DNA of 49,376 nucleotides from a virus (Duplodnaviria; Heunggongvirae; Uroviricota; Caudoviricetes): IMG/VR virus record IMGVR_UViG_2909251562_000001; one strand, 5' to 3'. Shown piece by piece: positions 41,995 to 49,376 of this stretch (position 1 is its first letter; each line of letters starts with the position of its first letter). The notes under the pieces were generated by a model. It saw only the letters and a program-made list of their open reading frames with translations, ran no database searches and was not told where the DNA came from. The position numbers and the translations under genes were made by a program.

Positions 41995-42018
41995 GGCGCC
42001 AGAAATGGCGCCTTTTTT
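41995..42018 (+). terminator. intrinsic terminator after J
   Basis: GGCGCC-AGAAAT-GGCGCC followed by TTTTTT. Confidence 0.7.
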
Positions 42019-42042
42019 ATTGCAGAAAAGCGAGAGGTAATT

Positions 42043-42642
42043 ATGCGTAAATTATGTGCTGTTATTCTGTCCGCAGTAGTCTGGCAGGTCGCCGCTGGTA
42101 CGTCAGCGAGTGCAGCAGAACATCAGTCCACGCTGAGCGCGGGGTATCTCCATGCCTCGACGAACGTTCCCAGTAGTGATGATCTGAACGGGATTAACGT
42201 GAAATACCGTTATGAGTTTACGGACATGCTGGGTGTTGTGACGTCATTCAGTTATGCCAATGCCAAAGATGAGCAAAAAACGCATTACAGCGATACCCGC
42301 TGGCATGAGGATTCCGTGCGTAACCGCGGGTTCAGTGTGATGGCGGGGCCGTCTGTTCGCGTGAATGAATGGTTCAGCGCGTATGCGATGGCGGGTATGG
42401 CTTACAGCCGTGTGTCGACTTTCTCCGGGGATTATCTGCAGGTGACCGACAATACGGGGAAAAAGCATGATGTGCTGACCGGAAGTGATGACGGTCGCCA
42501 CAGCAACACGTCTCTGGCGTGGGGGGCTGGCGTGCAGTTTAACCCGACCGAATCCGTGGCCATTGATATTGCTTATGAAGGCTCCGGCAGTGGTGACTGG
42601 CGCACTGACGGTTTCATCGTGGGTGTCGGTTATAAATTCTGA
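42043..42642 (+). CDS. lom: outer membrane protein Lom (Ail/Lom family)
   Basis: 199 aa with signal peptide; near-identical to lambda Lom as recalled. Confidence 0.95.
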   Translation: MRKLCAVILSAVVWQVAAGTSASAAEHQSTLSAGYLHASTNVPSSDDLNGINVKYRYEFTDMLGVVTSFSYANAKDEQKTHYSDTRWHEDSVRNRGFSVMAGPSVRVNEWFSAYAMAGMAYSRVSTFSGDYLQVTDNTGKKHDVLTGSDDGRHSNTSLAWGAGVQFNPTESVAIDIAYEGSGSGDWRTDGFIVGVGYKF

Positions 42643-42668
42643 TTAGCCAGGTAACACAGTGTTATGAC

Positions 42669-42695
42669 AGCCCGCCGGTTCAGGCGGGCTTTTTT
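42669..42695 (+). terminator. intrinsic terminator after lom
   Basis: AGCCCGCC-GGTTCA-GGCGGGCT followed by TTTTTT. Confidence 0.75.
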
Positions 42696-42700
42696 GTGGG

Positions 42701-45700
42701 GTGAGTATGGCAGTAAAGATTTCAGGTGTACTGAAAGATGGTGCAGGTAAGCCGATACAAAACTGCACCATTCAGCTAAAGGCCAGGCGCAACAGCACCA
42801 CGGTGGTGGTGAACACAGTGGCCTCAGAAAACCCGGATGAAGCCGGGCGTTACACAATGGACGTCGAGTATGGTCAGTACAGCGTCAGTCTGTTGGTGGA
42901 GGGATTCCCGCCGTCACACGCCGGGATTATCACTGTATATGAGGACTCAAAGCCGGGCACACTGAATGATTTCCTCGGTGCAATGACGGAGGATGATGTC
43001 CGGCCAGAGGCACTGCGCCGTTTTGAACTGATGGTGGAAGAGGTGGCGCGTAACGCGTCCGCAGTGGCACAGAACACGGCAGCTGCGAAGAAGTCAGCCA
43101 GCGATGCCAGCACATCAGCCCGTGAGGCGGCAACCCATGCGACTGATGCTGCAGACTCAGCACGCGCAGCCAGCACGTCAGCCGGACAGGCCGCGACGTC
43201 GGCTCGGTCAGCGTCTTCCAGCGCAGGAACGGCATCAACAAAGGCCAGTGAAGCAGCGAAAAGTGCTGCTGCTGCAGAGTCATCAAAAAGCGCGGCAGCT
43301 ACCAGCGCCAGTGCCGCGAAAACGTCAGAAACGAATGCCGCAGCATCACAAAAATCGGCAGCCACTTCTGCATCCACAGCGACCACGAAGGCGTCAGAAG
43401 CTGCCACCTCGGCACGGGGTGCGGCGGCCTCAAAAGAGGCAGCGAAATCATCAGAAACGAATGCATCATCAAGTGCCAGTAGTGCAGCTTCCTCGGCAAC
43501 GGCGGCAGGAAATTCCGCGAAGGCGGCAAAAACGTCCGAGACGAACGCCAGGTCTTCTGAAACAGCAGCGGGACAGAGCGCCTCAGCTGCGGCAGGTTCA
43601 AAAACAGCGGCTGCGTCGTCTGCCAGTGCCGCGTCAACAAGTGCCGGGCAGGCCTCAGCCAGTGCCACCGCCGCCGGAAAATCGGCAGAAAGCGCCGCAT
43701 CATCCGCTTCAACAGCCACAACGAAGGCTGGCGAAGCCACTGAGCAGGCCACTGCAGCAGCGAGGTCTGCTTCTGCAGCAAAAACCTCTGAAACAAATGC
43801 AAAGACTTCAGCAGACAATGCTGCTTCCTCTAAGGCGGCAGCCGCATCGTCCGCTGGTTCAGCGGCGTCATCGGCATCATCTGCGTCTGCTTCAAAAGAT
43901 GAGGCGACCAGACAAGCGTCAGCAGCGAAAGGTAGTGCCACGACAGCAACAACGAAAGCATCAGAGGCGGCAGGCAGTGCGACGGCTGCATCTCAGAGCA
44001 AAGTTGCTGCTGAATCCGCGGCAACGCGTGCCGAAACAGCAGCAAAACGGGCAGAGGATATTGCTGATGCCGTATCTCTGGAAGATGCGAGCACGACGAA
44101 AAAAGGTGTGGTTCAGCTTAGTAGTGCAACCAATAGCACATCTGAAACGCAGGCTGCAACGCCGAAAGCAGTAAAGGCCGCGTATGACCTTGCTGGCGCA
44201 AAATATACCGCTCAGGACGCCACGACGGCACAAAAAGGGATAGTCCAGCTCAGTAGTGCCACCAACAGCACGTCTGAAACACTGGCTGCGACACCGAAAG
44301 CGGTTAAGGCGGTAATGGATGAAACAAATAAGAAAGCCCCATTAAACAGCCCGGCGCTGACCGGAACGCCAACAACGCCAACTGCGCCAAAAGGGACTAA
44401 TAATACTCAGATCGCAAGCACGGCTTATGTGATGGCCGCGATTGCCGCACTTGTAGATTCGTCACCTGATGCACTGAACACGCTGAACGAGCTGGCGGCG
44501 GCGCTGGGCAACGACCCGAATTTTGCGACCACCATGACTAACGCGCTTGCGGGTAAGCAACCGAAAGATGCCACCCTGACGGCGCTGGCCGGGCTTGCTA
44601 CTGCGGCAGACAAGTTTCCGTATTTTACGGGGAATGATGTCGCCAGCCTGGCAACTCTGACAAAAGTCGGGCGGGATATTCTTGCGAAATCGACCGTTGC
44701 CGCTGTTATCGAATACCTCGGTTTACAGGAAACGGTAAATCAGGCTTCTGGCGCATTACAGAAAAAACAGAACGGCGCAGATATTCCCGATAAAAAACTA
44801 TTCCTGCGTAATATCGGCACAACAAATTCAACAACCATGTCTTTTAGTGGTGGGGCTGGATGGTTCAAACTGGCAACTGTAACAATGCCACAAGCCAGTT
44901 CCGTGGTTTACATAAGCCTGATTGGTGGCGCAGGGTATAACGTTGGCGCCCCGCATCAGGCAGGCATCTCTGAGCTGGTTCTGCGTGCCGGAAATGGGAA
45001 TCCAAAAGGTATTACTGGTGCATTATGGCGACGAACATCGGCTGGATTTACTAATATTGCATGGGTGAATACATCCGGTGATACCTATGATGTTTATGTT
45101 GAAATAGGTAATTACGCCACAGGTGTTAATATTCAGTGGGATTATACCGGTAACGCCAGCGTAACGATTCATACATCACCAACTTATACAGCGAATAAAC
45201 CAACAGGCCTGACAGATGGAACTGTATATGTAATTTACAGTTCGCACATTAAACCGACTGCTGCTGAGGTTGGGGCGTTGTCATTATCTGGCGGTCAATT
45301 GAATGGTGCTCTGGGCATCGGAACATCCAGTGCTCTTGGCGGTAACTCGATTGTTTTGGGTGATAATGATACCGGATTTAAACAGAATGGTGATGGTATT
45401 CTGGATGTTTACGCTAATAGTCAGCGAGTATTCCGCTTTCAGAATGGAGTGGCTATTGCTTTTAAAAACATTCAGGCAGGTGATAGTAAAAAATTCTCGC
45501 TATCCAGCTCCAACAACTCCACGAAGAACGCAAAGTTTTATTTATGGGGCACTTCATCAAGACCAACTGTTGCAGAGCTTGGTGATGATTCAGGCTGGCA
45601 TTTCTATAGTCAGCGAAATACAGATAACTCAGTAACATTTGCTGTTAACGGTCAGATGCAGCCCAGCAACTGGGGGAATTTTGATTCCCGCTATGTGAAA

Positions 45701-45880
45701 GATGTTCGCCTGGGTACGCGTGTTGTTCAATTGATGGCGCGTGGTGGTCGCTATGAAAAAGCCGGACACGCAATTACCGGATTAAGAATCATTGGTGAAG
45801 TAGATGGCGATGATGAAGCCATCTTCAGACCAATACAAAAATACATCAATGGCACATGGTATAACGTCGCACAGGTGTAA
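42701..45880 (+). CDS. stf: side tail fibre Stf (current orientation of the invertible C-terminus)
   Basis: 1059 aa; N-terminus MAVKISGVLKDG as in lambda Stf; long Ala/Ser-rich repeat region; the C-terminal part lies inside the invertible segment. Confidence 0.9.
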   Translation: MSMAVKISGVLKDGAGKPIQNCTIQLKARRNSTTVVVNTVASENPDEAGRYTMDVEYGQYSVSLLVEGFPPSHAGIITVYEDSKPGTLNDFLGAMTEDDVRPEALRRFELMVEEVARNASAVAQNTAAAKKSASDASTSAREAATHATDAADSARAASTSAGQAATSARSASSSAGTASTKASEAAKSAAAAESSKSAAATSASAAKTSETNAAASQKSAATSASTATTKASEAATSARGAAASKEAAKSSETNASSSASSAASSATAAGNSAKAAKTSETNARSSETAAGQSASAAAGSKTAAASSASAASTSAGQASASATAAGKSAESAASSASTATTKAGEATEQATAAARSASAAKTSETNAKTSADNAASSKAAAASSAGSAASSASSASASKDEATRQASAAKGSATTATTKASEAAGSATAASQSKVAAESAATRAETAAKRAEDIADAVSLEDASTTKKGVVQLSSATNSTSETQAATPKAVKAAYDLAGAKYTAQDATTAQKGIVQLSSATNSTSETLAATPKAVKAVMDETNKKAPLNSPALTGTPTTPTAPKGTNNTQIASTAYVMAAIAALVDSSPDALNTLNELAAALGNDPNFATTMTNALAGKQPKDATLTALAGLATAADKFPYFTGNDVASLATLTKVGRDILAKSTVAAVIEYLGLQETVNQASGALQKKQNGADIPDKKLFLRNIGTTNSTTMSFSGGAGWFKLATVTMPQASSVVYISLIGGAGYNVGAPHQAGISELVLRAGNGNPKGITGALWRRTSAGFTNIAWVNTSGDTYDVYVEIGNYATGVNIQWDYTGNASVTIHTSPTYTANKPTGLTDGTVYVIYSSHIKPTAAEVGALSLSGGQLNGALGIGTSSALGGNSIVLGDNDTGFKQNGDGILDVYANSQRVFRFQNGVAIAFKNIQAGDSKKFSLSSSNNSTKNAKFYLWGTSSRPTVAELGDDSGWHFYSQRNTDNSVTFAVNGQMQPSNWGNFDSRYVKDVRLGTRVVQLMARGGRYEKAGHAITGLRIIGEVDGDDEAIFRPIQKYINGTWYNVAQV
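43080..44060 (+). repeat. imperfect tandem repeats encoding the Ala/Ser/Thr-rich Stf shaft
   Basis: Motif AAK(T/S)SETNA recurs at least four times within a low-complexity A/S/T-rich stretch; both other frames and the antisense strand stay open here. Confidence 0.7.
44706..44731. other. gix/hix-like 26-bp invertase recombination site (left)
   Basis: TTATCGAATACC-TC-GGTTTACAGGAA inside stf; inverted partner at 47921-47946; inverted homology extends about 57 bp further into the segment. Confidence 0.75.
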
Positions 45881-46411
45881 ATGATGCAGCATTTAAAAAA
45901 TATTAAGTCAGGAAATCCAAAAACAAAAGAGCAATATCAGCTAACAAAGAATTTTGATGTTATCTGGTTATATACAGAAGACGGTAAAAACTGGTATGAG
46001 GAAGTGAAAAACTTTCAGCCAGACACAATAAAGATTGTTTACGATGCAAATAATATTATTGTCGCCATCACCAAAGATGCATCCACGCTTAATCCCGAAG
46101 GTTTTAGCGTTGTCGAGGTTCCAGATATTACAGCCAACCGCCGCGCTGATGATTCAGGAAAGTGGATGTTTAAGGATGGAGCTGTGGTTAAACGGATTTA
46201 TACGGCAGACGAACAGCAACAACAGGCCGAATCACAAAAGGCCGCATTGCTTTCCGAAGCTGAATCAGTCATCCAGCCGCTGGAACGCGCTGTCAGGTTG
46301 AATATGGCAACAGACGAGGAACGCACACGACTGGAAGCATGGGAACGCTACAGTGTTCTGGTCAGCCGTGTGGATAGGGCAAATCCTGAATGGCCACAAA
46401 AGCCTGAATAA
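45881..46411 (+). CDS. tfa: tail fibre assembly protein Tfa
   Basis: 176 aa; start abuts the stf stop (TAAATG); typical Tfa N-terminus [21 protein letters not shown]. Confidence 0.9.
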   Translation: MMQHLKNIKSGNPKTKEQYQLTKNFDVIWLYTEDGKNWYEEVKNFQPDTIKIVYDANNIIVAITKDASTLNPEGFSVVEVPDITANRRADDSGKWMFKDGAVVKRIYTADEQQQQAESQKAALLSEAESVIQPLERAVRLNMATDEERTRLEAWERYSVLVSRVDRANPEWPQKPE

Positions 46412-46416
46412 AAATT

Positions 46417-46436
46417 AAGGCCCGCTATCGGGCCTT
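46417..46436. terminator. stem-loop between convergent tfa genes
   Basis: AAGGCCCG-CTAT-CGGGCCTT between the two convergent tfa stops. Confidence 0.55.
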
Positions 46437-46439
46437 GTC

Positions 46440-46973
46440 TCATTCAGGTTGTTCGGGAAATGTTACTGGCAGGCTGGAGGTGTCTGTAGATTCGACTTTC
46501 TGCGCATAGAGCATCCACTCGGTTAATTTTTGTTTATTCTCGTCGGAAATGATGCCCAGCCGTAGCTGTGAGTCCCATAGCTGGGTTTTATCCCTGACAA
46601 GTTGCAACAGGCTTTGCTTTTCATTCTCTGCCTGCTGCCTCTGTTCCTCTTCGGTATAAGTTCGCTTTATCACTACGCCATCTTTGAACATCCATTTACC
46701 CGAAATATCAGCACGGCGATTTGCTGTAATATCAGGTAATTCAACGACGCTTGCGCCTTCCGGATTAATTGCTGAAACATCCTTTTCAATACAAATAATA
46801 ACGCCGTTATGGTCATAGGCCATTTTCAATGTGTCTGGCCGGAAATTCTTTTGTTCCTCATACCAGTTTTTTCCATCATCTGAATAAAGCCATTTGATGT
46901 TAAATTGCTTTGTTAGCTGGTATTGCTCTTTTGTTTTAGGATTGCCAGCAGTAATGTTTTTTAAGTGCATCAT
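46440..46973 (-). CDS. alternative tail fibre assembly protein Tfa'
   Basis: 177 aa, paralogous to Tfa, encoded inverted inside the invertible segment. Confidence 0.85.
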   Translation of the reverse strand: MMHLKNITAGNPKTKEQYQLTKQFNIKWLYSDDGKNWYEEQKNFRPDTLKMAYDHNGVIICIEKDVSAINPEGASVVELPDITANRRADISGKWMFKDGVVIKRTYTEEEQRQQAENEKQSLLQLVRDKTQLWDSQLRLGIISDENKQKLTEWMLYAQKVESTDTSSLPVTFPEQPE

Positions 46974-46975
46974 GA

Positions 46976-47918
46976 TTAAATACTCCCCGCGTTATACCAC
47001 GTTCCATTAATGCAATACTGAACTGGCCTTGCCTGTGTTGTATCAATTAATTCATCACGGTTTCCGTTAACTGAACCCGTAACGACATAACCTGACCTGT
47101 CAGACCAGCCGGGACCATTCCATGTCTGAACAGATGACAGACCGCCCAGACGAATACCTGTAATAAACTTTGAGTTACATTCCGCTTTGGTATATGCACC
47201 AACATCCCCCGCAGAGGGTTTGTAGGTTGTGGTGTAAAACGCTGACCAGTTATCTTCAAAGCCATAACCATCACGCGCTGAACGATAAAAGATACCGCCG
47301 TTCCTGTAATTCACACGGAACTGTACGGCAGGGCAACTCCCCGTATTCATATTGAAGTGGAGTATTAATGCTGTTGCGCCTTTGATATCTGCATCATAAA
47401 CACCGCTATTCCAGTTCCAGCCAACAGCTTTATCATTTGCAACCCTGCTTCCTGTCTGCCCTAAAGCAAATGCAGGCTGCTGGTTTTTCGTGTTGTAGTC
47501 TCGTCGCCAGCCAGGAGCATAAGCATCACCATGATTAATATAGGTGAATTGAGCGTTAGTAATTCCGCCGCCGCTGGACGTGCTCGGCGTAGTAACGCGT
47601 ATGGTCATTGCGCCGCGAGTGCCAATAACTTCCACCACAGCACCTGCAAGACAAATATTTCCGCAACCTGTATCTGTAATGACCTTATTATTTGCATAAG
47701 CCCATGAGCCTTTGCACATCCAGTAAGGATGGTTAAATGCTCCCTGACTCTCCAGCCACGAAATAAATTGCGCGGTTGTCCAGGCCTGACTATCGCCACC
47801 AATATTCAGCCATGCGCTATATGCGCGGCAGGCCCCAATATTTTTGGTGAAGGTATCTTTTCCCGGAATATCTGCGCCGTTCTGGTTTTTCTGTAATGCG
47901 CCAGAAGCCTGATTTACC
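46976..47918 (-). CDS. alternative Stf C-terminal segment (no own start; used after inversion)
   Basis: Minus-strand frame is open from the recombination site down to the stop at 46976-46978. It begins with the same TVNQASGALQK junction residues as Stf and ends ...CINGTWYNAGSI, paralogous to the Stf C-terminus ...INGTWYNVAQV. Confidence 0.75.
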
Positions 47919-47920
47919 GT

Positions 47921-47946
47921 TTCCTGTAAACCGAGGTTTTAGATAA
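47921..47946. other. gix/hix-like 26-bp invertase recombination site (right)
   Basis: TTCCTGTAAACC-GA-GGTTTTAGATAA, matching the Gin/Hin/Pin site consensus as recalled. Confidence 0.75.
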
Positions 47947-48000
47947 TGGCGGTTTCTGGCCTGCATGGCATGATTTGTGCTTTTGGACGGGAGATTCAGC

Positions 48001-48195
48001 GTGCTGATTGGCTATGTAAGGGTATCAACAAATGACCAGAATACAGACCTGCAACGAAACGCTCTTGTTTGTGCAGGATGTGAACAAATATTTGAAGATA
48101 AATTAAGCGGAACAAGGACAGGCCAACCTGGATTAAAACGTGCTTTAAAGCGCCTTCAAAAAGGTGACGCACTGGTTGTCTGGAAACTGGACTGA
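48001..48195 (+). pseudogene. pin: truncated serine DNA invertase (Pin/Gin/Hin family), N-terminal about 65 residues only
   Basis: Encodes (M/V)LIGYVRVSTNDQNTDLQRNAL...LVVWKLD including the catalytic Ser context, then stops. Intact invertases are roughly 185-190 aa. Confidence 0.8.
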
Positions 48196-48234
48196 CTGGG
48201 TCACTGTATGCGGCATCTTGTCGTGCTGGTGGTG

Positions 48235-48305
48235 GAAGCCTGGAAAAAGTATCGGGTGTTGCTGAACCGTGTTGATACATCAACTGCACCTGATATTGAG
48301 TGGCC
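48235..48305 (+). repeat. 71-bp direct repeat, copy 1 (tfa 3'-end fragment with no start)
   Basis: 69 of 71 nt identical to 49284-49354; would encode [24 protein letters not shown] but has no start codon. Confidence 0.8.
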
Positions 48306-48381
48306 TACGAACCCTGTCAGGGAGTAATCATTGGGATTATGCCGCAGCACGTCTTAAGCAAGAACGTGCTGCGGTTGGATG

Positions 48382-49050
48382 CTATTTTTTCCCTGAAGCG
48401 GAAAACATTACTACAGTACCTTGAACCTTGGTTTTAACATTCTCGAAATGCTCTGAGAGTATATGTGTTAAGCCTTCTTCGGAATCTTTTGTGTTTGAAA
48501 AGATGCCTTTCTGATTGTAAATGCGCATCAGTTTTTGACCGAAGCTATTGTGCACAACTCCATCGCCAAGAATTGTGGCTCCGTATAGAGTTCCATCGTC
48601 AGTTAAGGCCTGCGCCGCATTGCGTATTACACAGCTTTTTGTAGATATATTTCCAGGCAGGCAGTGAAGAAGGTAAAACATGGAAATGGAATCAAATTGA
48701 CCATGTAACGCCGCGGGATAAGGATCAAAAACATCATGGCTAATTTTATGTTTAATTTTTGATTCCCCAGCCCTTGTAGATGCCGCGTTCAGGCTAGCTT
48801 CGTTCAAATCCATTAAAGATATCAGACTACTCTCAGGTACGTGAGTAAGGTAAAACCCAGTTCCAACACCAATATCCAGATGGTTGTTACCTAAATGTTC
48901 CAGAAAGTGTGGAAGAAGGTGTTCCTTTGTAGGACATCCCCATGCAAGCCGATTTGATACTCCCAAAACCCACCAGTCATAAAGCTTTAGGGTAAGTGGT
49001 GTGTAAATTTTAGCCCCATCATCTGTGTTTTTTTTCATTAATTTCACCAT
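48382..49050 (-). CDS. class I SAM-dependent methyltransferase (small-molecule type)
   Basis: 222 aa with motif I LDIGVGTG; no DPPY/NPPF-type DNA methyltransferase motif seen; AT-rich. Confidence 0.7.
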   Translation of the reverse strand: MVKLMKKNTDDGAKIYTPLTLKLYDWWVLGVSNRLAWGCPTKEHLLPHFLEHLGNNHLDIGVGTGFYLTHVPESSLISLMDLNEASLNAASTRAGESKIKHKISHDVFDPYPAALHGQFDSISMFYLLHCLPGNISTKSCVIRNAAQALTDDGTLYGATILGDGVVHNSFGQKLMRIYNQKGIFSNTKDSEEGLTHILSEHFENVKTKVQGTVVMFSASGKK

Positions 49051-49106
49051 GTTATAGTTTTATTTGTGAATTAAATCAATTGTGGCGATGAATTACAAGA
49101 GGTTAA

Positions 49107-49376
49107 ATGCTGCCGCAGCATAGCGATATTGAAATAGCCTGGTATGCTTCGATACAGCAGGAGCCGAATGGCTGGAAGACCGTCACCACACAGTTCTACA
49201 TCCAGGAATTCAGTGAGCATATTGCGCCACTTCAGGATGCTGTAGAGCTGGAGATCGCAACGGAGGAAGAAAACTCGTTGCTGGAAGCCTGGAAGAAGTA
49301 TCGGGTGTTGCTGAACCGTGTTGATACATCAACCGCACCTGATATTGAGTGGCCGGAAGAACCAGACACAATGTAA
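49107..49376 (+). CDS. small tail-fibre-assembly-like protein (Tfa C-terminal homologue)
   Basis: 89 aa ending ...[32 protein letters not shown]; stop at the window edge; carries copy 2 of the 71-bp repeat at 49284-49354. Confidence 0.6.
   Translation: MLPQHSDIEIAWYASIQQEPNGWKTVTTQFYIQEFSEHIAPLQDAVELEIATEEENSLLEAWKKYRVLLNRVDTSTAPDIEWPEEPDTM

Noticed and set aside
42874-43941. 355-aa minus-strand ORF (and the 167-aa and 118-aa minus ORFs) inside stf
   Set aside because: Antisense to the well-supported Stf gene within its GC-rich Ala/Ser repeat; the open frame is a by-product of repeat composition and has no start context.
43104-44174. 356-aa plus-strand alternative-frame ORF rich in Arg/Gln/Pro
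   Set aside because: Out-of-frame reading of the Stf repeat region; the in-frame Stf translation matches lambda Stf.

Overview
The window is almost an entire lambdoid prophage of an E. coli-like host, and it looks like a decaying (cryptic) one. From left to right it contains: integrase and excisionase (minus strand), a RecE-like exonuclease, a leftward early operon carrying a DicF-like sRNA and YdfA/YdfB-like small genes, a CI-type repressor and Cro-like gene with shared operator palindromes, a replication module (initiator plus DnaC-like loader), an AT-rich accessory island (about 10.3-14.7 kb), a DUF968 protein, RusA, a Q-like antiterminator with tR', four tightly packed tRNA genes, a lysis cassette, an intact IS66-family element with an 8-bp target duplication, cos, and a head/tail operon that is gene-for-gene and nearly residue-for-residue lambda (Nu1 through tfa, with the G-T slippery site). 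The right end is an invertible tail-fibre segment with a truncated pin invertase and a methyltransferase moron. The best candidates for an undescribed system are in the accessory island: (i) a translationally coupled minus-strand pair, a 310-aa soluble protein and a 184-aa four-helix membrane protein, and (ii) a plus-strand pair, a 197-aa unknown protein and an XRE-HTH/ImmA-type metallopeptidase fusion, bracketed by identical 23-bp terminator repeats next to an orphan hok toxin. Neither pair has a recognisable catalytic motif, so both are architecture-based inferences. Signs of decay are a frameshifted J gene, a cosN core that differs from lambda at 5 of 12 positions, the truncated invertase and the IS insertion. 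No CRISPR array or rRNA was seen. All calls come from reading the sequence and recalled protein families; no database search was run.
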